A stretch of 64,000 bases of DNA from contig OZ037769.1 in NCBI GenBank assembly GCA_964035545.1, positions 12,120,633-12,184,632 of the forward strand, written 5' to 3'. A model generated the notes under the pieces. That model ran no database searches and had not been told where the DNA came from. It saw only the letters and a program-made list of their open reading frames with translations. Position 1 is the stretch's first letter. Every line of letters starts with the position of its first letter. The position numbers and the translations under genes are program-made. This DNA comes from Bugula neritina (Eukaryota > Animalia > Bryozoa). This document shows, piece by piece, positions 53,401 to 64,000 of the stretch.

Positions 53401-56400
53401 TGCAATACAGCCAAGAAAGTCAAGAAGTGGATGGAAGCCCGTGACGTGAGATCTCTCAGCTGGCCTGCCCAATTGCCACATCTCAAATTGAGAATTCATA
53501 GTGTAAGATTAGTCAACTGATTGCAAAGGACAAGCCAACAACCAACAGAAAACTAATTGAGCTCATTATACAGTCTTGGTTCCGAGTGGTATCCTCGGAA
53601 CTGCTCTCCAAACTTGTTGCCGGCATGCCAAAAGCTGTCGAGCTGTGATTGACAACAAGGGTTGCCAACAAAATATTAGGATGCATCTAATAACCCCATA
53701 GACCCTTTTCAGGGCCACTACTTTAATTTCAAAGAGTTATGTTCAAAACATAAGCGAAAATCATTGCAATTTTTAAAAAAAATCAAGTTGCAATTTTACT
53801 AGAATTTTCAATTTCAATACTAAGATGAGTATATTGGCCCAAAACTGTACTACAAAAACTGAAATCTGCTGGTTTTTTAAAATATTCTTGTAGAGAACAT
53901 ATTTAGCTTTCCATTGATATGCATATTACTCTATATCACCTTATAAATATTGAGCAAATTATTAATTACTAAGAAATAATAAGTTTATTTTAAGCGGTCC
54001 CATAATTAAGATCACCACTGTACATAGTAGCATATTGAGTACACCAGTTATAATGATAAAAGAAGAAAAGACCCTTGATTGAAGTTACAAGTGTAAGTAA
54101 TTTTAGTGTCTTTCTCACTCATTAAGTTTACAGTGATTAAATGGAAATAAAATAGAGACCAAAGAAGCTAGGTATTTCTAGCTTTTCTGGTTCCAGTTAT
54201 AACAAGTAAAACACGCGCTGGGTCTAGCTACATTTTTCTGGTATACAACATAAATTTGTGCAAATAATATAAACAAAATATGTTTATATGACAAACTCGT
54301 ACTAGTTATTAATTGACATTTATTAATCAAAAACATTTAGCTCATTCTAGTATGTAATAAGTAAGAAAAGTTCAATGAAAATAATGAACTATCTCAACAA
54401 AATCTCACAAGCTACAAAGTCGTGATGATTCTTTGTGAGCAGAGCACATCTGCGTTACTCAACATTATAAACAGATTAAAGACTGTGAATATTTCTAAAC
54501 TTTACATAAACAACTATAATAGCTACACTAACCAGTTGCTGCTGAAGCTGCAATACCTCAAGCCGGTGGACACGAGCCGCTTGTCTTGCGTCAGTTATTT
54601 CACTCTGTAGTTCTTCCTGAATTCTTTTCAAATTGGCAGCATGCTGGTGACGTTCATCAGTTATTTTCTTTTCATGTTTCTTTTCAAGCTCCCTTATAGC
54701 TCTGTCATGTTGGCTACATAATCTTTCAGTTTTACTTTCAAAACTCTGTTTTTGTGTTTTCATTTCTGTCTGGTGTTGTTTGATTAAGTCAGATACAGTT
54801 TGAAGATGAACAGATTCTCTGGCAGAAAGTTCATTGTTGTGGGTTTGTTTGATTATGCTGACATCTTGCTCATGTTGGGCTTTAACTCGTGCCAGTAAGA
54901 CTGTGTGCTCAGTTTCTATTTGGTTGATTTTATCCACGTGACAGGAATTTGTCTCTTCATGGTGACTAACCAACTTCTCGTTAACCTTCTGCAACCTGAT
55001 AATTTTACTTTCTAACCGGCTAATAGTGAGCGAGCTTTGGTTATGCTGTTCCTCAAGTTTAGTTATCATATTTATGCGTTCTTCACATGACACACAATCC
55101 TGCTGGTCTCTTTGGGTTACACAACCTTGGTGGTCTGTTTGGGTTATACAACCTTGGTGGTCTGTTTGGGTTATACAATCCTGGTGATCTGGCTGGGTGG
55201 CACAATCCTGGTGGTCTGTTTGAATGTCACAACTCTGGTGGTCTGTTTGGGTGGCACAATCTTGGTGGTCCGTCCGGATATCACAACTCTGGTGGTCTGT
55301 TTGGGTGATGCAATCCTTGTGGTTTGGCTGCGTGACGCAATCCAGGTGGTCTGTTTGAGTGGCACAACTCTGGTGGTCTGGTTGGGTTATAGGTTCGGTT
55401 GGGTTGTTTGTTGTGTTGGTAGCTGACATCTTATTGAAAGACTGATCATATGATGTGACGGTAGATGGGATATTACTAAGTAGTTCAATATTTACATGAT
55501 TATGGATACCAAGTTTGTCATTTTTGAATATTGATGATTCATTAGTCTTTTGCAAAAACCGAGTCTGACTTGAATCGGTTTTTGAACAACTTTCTTGCGA
55601 ACTCTTTAGTTGTCTACAACGTTGTTTATATAGAGTAGGTTTGAGTAAATACCATTACTTAAAACATAGATCAATGTTCACACCAAAAAAAGTAGACAGC
55701 GTAACGTCGGGTTAGAGAGCAGCAAAGCGGAAAGTTACACATTGTTTTGTTGGTGTTAGGAGTGCATTGTGGGACAACCAGCGTTTAGCACAGCCGGCAT
55801 TTCACTCTGTCAATTAGCCAATCCACTCCAAATGTATATGTCAACGCCTTATCTGGCAGGCACACAGCCCCAAATCTCAAGCACACAGTGAGGGGACGGG
55901 TACCTTGACCTCTCGTCTAACTGTTGATCTAGTGGTGCAATTGACTGATTGGTGAGTGAGTTAGCTACTGAAATATCGGCTGCAACCGAATCTGTCGCCT
56001 TGTCATTTACTAAAGAAACCATCTCGTCCTAAATTGACACAGGTTACTATAAGGTAATCAGTAGGTTCAAACAGATTTAAGAAAACAGACAGAAACTTGT
56101 GCAAGTGTGCATTAAAACTGTTGAAATTTCTATATATCTACAGAAAACGTGGAAGCAAAGCATAGAAAGCTAAATAGTGCATAGCATGTGTAAAAGGATA
56201 AACCAACATAAAATGTAAAATTTATCCTGCAACATTGAGTCTCTTCACTTTGTATACAACTGAGCATGATCTACTTCCACCATAATCAGACTACAGCTCT
56301 GCTCATATCAAGATATTGTCATAAAATTGCCTTCTCAATAAACGTGAAGTATTTAAAAGGCAGTATTTTTTCATGTTTAGCGACATTAGTTTAAAAAAAA

Positions 56401-59400
56401 GTGTTCTAAATCAGGGTACTATAATTACGCGTGAACACACAAAGCTCTATACAAGATTTACTATGAATGAAAGTTAATATATACTATGTGAAAATGTTAC
56501 TCTATTTGATTGAATATATAAATTGTTTCAAGAATCAAAACTTCTGTCAAAAGCACTACCACCGCAATGTGCTTGTGATCATGATTCCAGTTTTATAGAC
56601 TGGTGACTGTGCTAGTTTTCATAGAAACATCCAAGTGTAGACAAACCTTGACTAATGTGTCACCGCCTGAGTCAACTAATGCAAAGGAAATTGGCTGAAT
56701 GAAAATATTTGCTAAATGTAAAAATGAACAATTTTGAGTGTATGAAATAGCTTCTTAAATAAACATAGTTGACTTGAATCCCACTGAAGTCTAATATCAA
56801 TAGACAATAATTATCTAAGAATTCATATGAATTACAAGCTTCATGCAAAAGCAGTGACCAAGTTATGTTTAAGGGATATCAGAAATAGTAAAGCATACAT
56901 TATAACATGCTTAACCCGCCACCCGCGCAGGACCACGGCGGTGAAAGGTGACCAAATTATTACATGCTTAGAATAGATGGAAATTAGAGTGTAGGCATTA
57001 TACATACATCACTGTACTGCTACAGAAGCATGAATATTGACTATGTATAAGTATTTCAATGTAGTTCTCACCATTTTCTTTTTCTCTTTCAAACTGTTAT
57101 CTTTTTCCGCCTCAAACTCAGCTAGTTGAAACTCAATATCTACAAAACATTATAATATATTATACTGGAGAAGAACTCTCCTTGTATCTGTTTCAACTTT
57201 ACCTGAAAGCTATAGTATAGTATATGAAAGCTGTATTTAGCTCACCTAAGAGCTGTGACTCTACATTGCTTAACTCACCTGAGCTAGGATTTTGCACTGT
57301 ATATCTCACCTAATAGCTGTGACATTGCTCTGTAAACTCACCTGAAAGCTGTGATTTTGCCAACTCCAACTCTTCTTTCAAACTTGTATTCTCTTTCAGA
57401 GTTTCTTCGTTCAGTCTTTGCAACTCTTTCAGCTGTAGGTCTCTATTTGAAGGTGGCTGCCATGTTTCTTCTTCTGGGGTCAAACTTGCTTTAAGGCTTT
57501 CATTGGAAATTATATTGTTTTTCTCATTCACTAACTCTTGCTGTTGGAAAATGAAAGAAAGTCCTAAAAAGCTGGTAGTAATAAAAATATAGTTATTGGA
57601 ACCAAATTCATTAAACAGGCACTTGATATATGGCATAGACACAAAGCAGTACATCTGCCAAACAAATGTTCATGCAAGAGTAACTTCGGTTATGTGAAAG
57701 TATAATAACATTCTGCCCATCATTTTTTAAATTGGTTTGGTCGCACTGCCAAGTGTCTTAGCAATTCAAACTACAGCACACACAAACATGTATACATGGT
57801 GAAAATACCATAATCAACTGTATCTCAAATACAACATCTCACCATAATATCTTCTTTAGACAAAACTTCTTCTTCCAATTGGAACTGCAAATCTTCCACT
57901 TTTCTGGTGATGGTAAAAAATATATTGAGATATTAAAGCTATAAGAAAATATATATGTAGAGTGTGCTGGAAATAATATTTTTATATGAATAATGTGGAA
58001 TATAAACTTCTAGGCCAATCATGTGAATTTATATGCCAAAAGTAAAATATGTATAAAATATGTTGCATTTTTCTATGGCAAAAATCGTATAGAAACTAAA
58101 CAGTGAAACTTGCAGAAAGCATGTGTAAGTCCACTTACAGTAAGTACTGTAAATGTACTTACATTAAATACATGTGAATGTACTTACAGTAAGTACTGTG
58201 AATCAACTTACACCTGCTGCTCCTCCACAGTCTTGTGCAGTTCAGCATTTTCTGTTTCCAGTCTGTCAATAGTAGCCTGCAATTCCTCAAATCTGGAATG
58301 GGTGACTGTCAACAGGTTCTCGTACTCTCTGCGGATCTTATCAATCTGCTCACTAGTCTACAAACAGGAAACAGTATGTATTAGTCATTGCATATACCTA
58401 AACATGTCTATATATCTACAGTTGAAAACCTTCCTTGAGAAATTTATGCACAAACTTAAAAGACCACTTATTCTAAATTGTAACTATTTATCAAAATATT
58501 CAAAAAGATTTAAGAGATTCTGAATAAGTCACACAACTACAGTGTAGACTTTTTAAATTTTTTGAAGCTCTTGAAAAGTTATCTTCTCTTTCTATTATCA
58601 TTTTGATATAGGTGAGTAATACTTAAATGACTAATGAGGAACTACGAAAATATTGAGTATTTAACACATATATACTATAGCACCTCTATACTAGACTATA
58701 GCACATCTATACTAAACTATAGCACCTCTATACTATACTATAGCACCTCTATACTAGACTATAGCACCTCTATACTATACTATAGCACATTTATACTAGA
58801 CTATAGCACCTCTATACTAGACTATAGCACCTATATACTAGACTATAACACCTTTATACTAGACTATAGCACACTTTTACTAGACTATAGCACCTCTATA
58901 CTAGACTATAACACCTTTTTACTAGACTATAGCACACTTTTACTAGACTATAGCACCTCTATTTCATAGCACCTACAGTGTGACAAAATCAATTACCTTT
59001 TTGTGTTTCTCTTTGTCATATTCAACAGTACTTTTCAGAGTAGACTGGTCTTTATCAGACAGTTTGCTAGCTGGAGAACTTGATTTAGAGCTTGTTTTGG
59101 TGGGAGGGGAGCTAGTTTTGGTGGGAGGGGAGCTAGTTTTGGTGGGAGGGGAGCTAGTACTAGGTCTACAATATAACAAGAGAAAGTTTAGGGTTAGGAT
59201 CACTGAAATTAAATATTCCAATTCATTGGTTAGGATCATAAAATGCATTCACGAGTAAAAGAGAACAATTTATGCTTCAAGTATTTTAGTAAGCTATTGG
59301 AATGAGTCACCTGTTAGCACCACGTGTCTTAGACAAAGTAGCGGAAGTCTGCTTAGTTGTGGGCGGAGACAATGCTCTTGAGCTAGTAGCTGAAGTATAA

Positions 59401-62400
59401 TTATCATTTTTAGATAGTTTGGAGGCCTTGACAAACACCCCTTTATTTGCCTCACACTGAAAGTATCTTGTCCCTTTCACAGAGCCGTCGTTCTTACCAA
59501 CTGGTTCATCTGCAATGATGAAAGGTCACCCAGTGTAGAAGTTGAATTATTCTATAAACAGCTCCAAGTTGGGGGTGACTGAGTGCAATAATTTGGGGTT
59601 TTCGTGTTTGAGGTTGGGCGTACCAAAACTAAACTCAAGAAACCTGAATTACTGCACTCAGTCACCTCCAACTCAGAGCTGCTTATAGAATAATTTTACT
59701 TAGTGTGCAAAGCACATCTATGGAATGAGTGCTCACACATGAAGTGTCATATAACTTATAGCAGGAAGTGATGTAAGTGACCGGAAGTCTATGTACATAA
59801 CCAATAACTGGAACCAAAGGAAAGTTGCTCTCTGAACACTACGCTATATATGTAGTATCATCTGTGTGTATGTGTTATGCAGTTCACATGTATTTCGAGC
59901 ATATTATGTTTTATCAAAGCAAGCAAGGAAGTATTCCTTCCTGGAATAAGAAATTAGTGCCAAGTTATATCCTCTATGTTAGAGATGAGAAGTAAAATAT
60001 TTATGCAATAGAGAACAGTGAAAATAGGAATTGTCTTTTCTATTATGGCAGTTTAGGCTCTGCACTGGTTACTATTGGCTAACTAAACTTAGTGTTAGAA
60101 AATAAATACAAAATAGTCTAATATTTAGGATTTTAGTTTCAATGAACGATGACAGAGTCAAAATGCAACAGTATACATGCATATTTCTAGCACCAAATTA
60201 AATAAAAGACAAGCAAGCTTTTTTAAACTTTAGATATGAATTTAATTAAACTCTCACTAAAACCCCTTTATCTAATGTTCATGATATAAATTTACTTATT
60301 GCTACACACTTGTAATATTTTAATATAACACTATAACATAATATGTATTACTGGTTTATACACATAAGATGTAGAGGTTTGTACAATTGACAAGTCTTAT
60401 TCAATGTATTATGTATGTAAAGCTAAAATCTTAGTAAGTGCATTATTATGACTTCTTTTAAGACGAATTATGCTAAATAGAGCACTTATAGTAATATCCA
60501 CAGTGGCCCATGTCAACTAAGATCCTGAGGTAGAAGTTATCCGCCCACAAAAATTTTAAACCACTCTCCAAAACAGTCATTAAGACCTTCAGATATTGAA
60601 GTTTTTCTATTACTGCATCTTCAACAGTCAAAATACTTTTAAATGAAAATTGAAAAACCTCTCAGTTACGAACAAATAAACTCATGTGTTAAAGTTTGCA
60701 TGTACAGCATTACATTCAGTTGCTAAGGTAACTAAAATAGTAGTGTAGTACAATATATAGACCTTTTCTTGCTGTCATTATAACATTGTTGGAGAGTGTA
60801 AACAGTGGTGGGAATGTATTATACTCAAAGGTGCACCAACTGACAAAATTTACAAGTTATAATAAACTATCAATGAGTATATAATCTCAGCTACTTCGAC
60901 TATCAGTGACTCAGTAAGCTATTAGGTGACTCAACCAGAAAGGGAAGTGACACCAGAGAGCTGGTGTCTGCCAAGTGTCTATTTAGGGACTATGATGCTG
61001 CATATATCTTAGATACCATGAGCTATTGATAGTATGTATAGATATTTGTTTTAGAGGATCATAGATTCTACAAGGTTGCTAACACAAACACAATGAAAGA
61101 GGAAAGGAAGATGCATAAACCACTCCTATGTCTATTGTAGTTGACAATCTTTTAGTGTTTGAGTCAGGTCATCTCTTTTGTTGGGCCACATGTGAGAAGA
61201 AATGCTTGATCCATAAACATATAATATATAAGTAAAGCAACTATTTCAACACACGTAGTCGAATAATAACTTCACATATATCATTTTTACCTTTAGCTAT
61301 ATAATATACTGTAAGAATAGGGAGAAAGGGCAGTTTGTTTTTTTAATATCTTAACAAAGCTAGAATAAACAGTTTGAAAGGAAAAATGAAATTATTCAAC
61401 AATAGGCTATGAATTGATTTATTTCTGGTTAAAGCACTTTAGCAAAGATTCAATATTAATCAACGTCATAGTGTAAACAATAAGTTATTGCTGATTGTCA
61501 TCTCCTAACAAACCTACTTGGCTATGTAATCAATTTATATATGCAACAATTCCTCAAGCCCACTTGTAGTATGAGGTCAGCTATTAGCAACATTTAGTAA
61601 TTTACCATTTTAAGAGCAGCCAATCGGGAGTAACTGTGTTCTAGGGGTCAGAGCGTTTGCTTAGTAAACACGAAGTCATGGGTTCGAACCCCAGTAGAGA
61701 CCATTAGTGATGCTAGAAAGAGGATCCAGTCATAATTGCTCCTGTGCCCCATCTGAATAAGTCCTTAGCCTGATTTAACGAAAATTCATTCTATCAGGGG
61801 TTTCTCACATGGATGGTGACATATATAAACTTGCGTGATTATTTCAATGACGGCCATTAAGTTTCTTTACAACATACCTTAACAAACACCTTGAAGAGAA
61901 TATAAAGCTGAGAAATGAAATTAGGAGTATAGTTTTGCATGAAAAATACCCTTAAAAACGAAAGAAAGAGTGGTAATCAATCAATATAAGTCTTGAGTCC
62001 AAGAACAGAAGTTGTCTTAGAAATTTAGGGACGTGCAGTTTGTGTATATAGCATACGCAACAGCTCACTGGGCTAACCTGTACAATGTGATGTAATCTCA
62101 TCACTTGCTTATTATCTTAGAAAAGAATAAATTACAGCTGAAGAGTTTTCCTTTAAATTTTCAAAACTTATTGAGATAATTTTCTAGCTGTCAGTTGTTA
62201 TGGACATTTCAACCTTTAACATCATATTCATGTTAATATGTTTTTGTTCCAAAATTGTCCCAAGAGATAGCAAATACATGTTTGTGTTTTTTCATTTACG
62301 CTATAAGTTATAATTTTTGACAATTGTTGTTTATAGTAAACAAAGTACTAGTTGCATTTTACTTCAAAATGTGTTGGAATATTTAACATTTACTATAAAT

Positions 62401-64000
62401 TTTTCTATGTTTTTTCAAGATTATTTTTTTAAAGCTTCAGTAACATGCAAACACCAAGCAGTATAACCGCTACCTAATAAATTGCTGATGAGATTAGCAT
62501 TCATATCAGTTTTATTGTGATAATTTTAAATTTGTGCAGCTTTACATTATATATAACGTGTTGCTTAGGTGAATAATGTTTGTATATGGTATGTATAACT
62601 ACAAAGCCATAGCAACAGCTAGCTTCAGTCATAATGCTATAACAACACATTTGATAATGATCAATATGTTTCAATACCCTAACACCAGCTGGCTACAATT
62701 GGAACATGTTCAGGAAAAGTACAACTACACATGATGTGATATATTCTACAAAATAATTTTACTCACTGTTTACCAAAGCTCATTTTACAACACTGCCTAG
62801 CTATGATATTTAATAAAGGTCTTATCTACTTTTCAAACTGCACTTTTTCATTAAAGTATATGTGATAGAGGTTGGGTGTCAGTGTGAGAAGATAAAAGAG
62901 TTAACATTGTGTATACTGAGTGTAAGGGTTCATTACCCTTTCCATAGCAACACCAAAGTCAATTACGTGGGGAAAATATTCATCATCTATAAATACTATT
63001 ATAGTTATAATGATGTGATGTAATAAGGTTTGCTGCTATTATGGCTGGTGAAATTAATTCACTTATTCATAAACCAGGCATTCACACCCTTGACTTGAGT
63101 AACCCAATACACAGGTGAATTGCTCATCCAAGCACTAAAAAAGTCATTGTACTCGAAGTAGAACTGGAAACCATTCAACCCTTTCCTTAGTGTAAGACTA
63201 CTACTGCATGCAATACGTTGTAGGAATGAAACTTGATACATTTGATATACCTGTATTTGTAAACAGAGGGTACTTCACTATGTGATGATGTAATATATGA
63301 GTCATAAATACTAGTAATCATTGATAATTAGTTGTACAGACTTACAAAGTAATTTCCTAGACACTTTTATAAGTGTTAGGTGCTACACAGTATACTTAGT
63401 TGCAGTAAATGAGAAACTTCAATAACCTAAGCTCTTTAATTATCTTTGTGAATTTGGGTTTGAGGCACATGCAGGGTTAAACTTTTTAGAACATGACTTC
63501 TTTAGCTAAATTCCTCATACGGACCACAGAGTTTTTCCAGTTTCTCTCTCCTGCACATATTACTAACAGGAGTAGGAATACTTTGTCTGCTTTGTGTTAG
63601 CTTTGGTTGCATGGAAAACCAAATAAAGTCAACTATATTATTTCTCAAGAATAACAGCCCACAAGTACAAACACTTCTTATTTTGAATTGCATATAAAAA
63701 CTAAACAGTTAGCTGAAAAGTTTACATATAAAATACCTCACATTCACTGATTGCTCTAGTCATACCCAATGCATCAGTTGCTAGTGCTAGTGTATTATGA
63801 ATAAACCAGAAATACCTCACCTAAACACGCACCATGAAGCATATAATATAATAACTTCGTTTAATAACCATATTCATGTTTAAGTAAGAATGTTATGTAC
63901 CTAATACAACTCCAGCAAAGTCACCATTGGCAAACTTCACGTCTCCCAGATATGCTATTACTCCGGGTTTGTTACCAACCAATACTCTGTCTCCGATGAT
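50434..64000 (-). CDS. CLIP1: CLIP-170/restin-like CAP-Gly plus coiled-coil protein, 5' end outside the window. Exons: >64000-63901, 59509-59311, 59165-58997, 58357-58212, 57903-57843, 57540-57342, 57139-57072, 56028-55904, 55613-54533, 52180-52100, 51948-51820, 51489-51392, then ~51037-50834, ~50746-50610 and a terminal exon near 50443 (3' end uncertain)
   Basis: CAP-Gly [33 protein letters not shown]|[32 protein letters not shown]; CLIP-family motif [12 protein letters not shown]; phase-consistent GT-AG junctions; heptad-rich downstream exons. The symbol is a family-level call; it may be a paralog. Confidence 0.8.
52280..54020. mobile_element. Non-autonomous palindromic Tc1 (DD34E) derivative, intronic
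   Basis: TA|CAGTGGTGATC...GATCACCACTG|TA termini; ~800-bp inverted arms each carrying the transposase 3' half ([17 protein letters not shown]...[11 protein letters not shown], 34 residues between D and E). Confidence 0.93.
55091..55390 (-). repeat. Coding 30-bp tandem repeat (~10 units; consensus peptide TQTDHQDC[AIV]) inside the large exon
   Basis: Peptide [59 protein letters not shown]... in the 359-aa ORF. Confidence 0.9.
58674..58975. repeat. Intronic minisatellite, 21-bp unit
   Basis: CTATAGCACCTCTATACTAGA about 14 times. Confidence 0.92.
59545..59695. mobile_element. Palindromic (foldback) MITE-like element
   Basis: ~55-bp imperfect inverted arms AATTATTCTATAAACAGCTCCAAGTTGGGGGTGACTGAGTGCA / TGCACTCAGTCACCTCCAACTCAGAGCTGCTTATAGAATAATT. 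Confidence 0.75.
61626..61839 (+). mobile_element. tRNA-derived SINE, same family
   Basis: Family head (GGTTCGAACCCC) and body. Confidence 0.87.

Noticed and set aside
55087-55426. + strand GGLFG/LVVCLG repeat ORFs (GLFG-nucleoporin-like look)
   Set aside because: Antisense shadows of the 30-bp coding repeat; the - strand frame is part of a phase-consistent exon
60499-60700. CACAGTGG Transib/RSS-like terminus
   Set aside because: No matching inverted end, TSD or transposase remnant found nearby

Overview
AT-rich, intron-dense animal (invertebrate-like) genomic DNA with two convergent genes and a transposon cluster between them. (1) + strand, <544-38520: the 3' ~70 exons of the giant E3/E4 ligase UBR4/p600 (UBR box, beta-propeller region, C-terminal hemi-RING, stop at 38518-38520). 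(2) 39247-46187, - strand: a full-length, apparently very young Ty3/Gypsy LTR retrotransposon. It has seemingly identical 583-bp LTRs, a GTAT TSD, a tRNA-Leu PBS, a PPT, a U_UUA_AAC -1 frameshift signal with stem-loop, two homopolymer frameshifts in pol and a ~120-nt rod-like hairpin in U3. (3) 46856-50094: a degraded Academ-like DNA transposon. (4) - strand, >64000 to ~50430: a CLIP-170-related CAP-Gly/coiled-coil gene that appears to lack CAP-Gly2 and the zinc knuckles but carries a tandem array of TQT (LC8/DYNLL-type) motifs. One of its introns holds a 1.74-kb palindromic Tc1 (DD34E) derivative. Also present are seven tRNA-Thr-derived SINEs, several MITEs, and roughly 20 or more intron-private minisatellites, many anchored on or duplicating the splice sites. 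Exon boundaries were read by eye; repeat boundaries are approximate.
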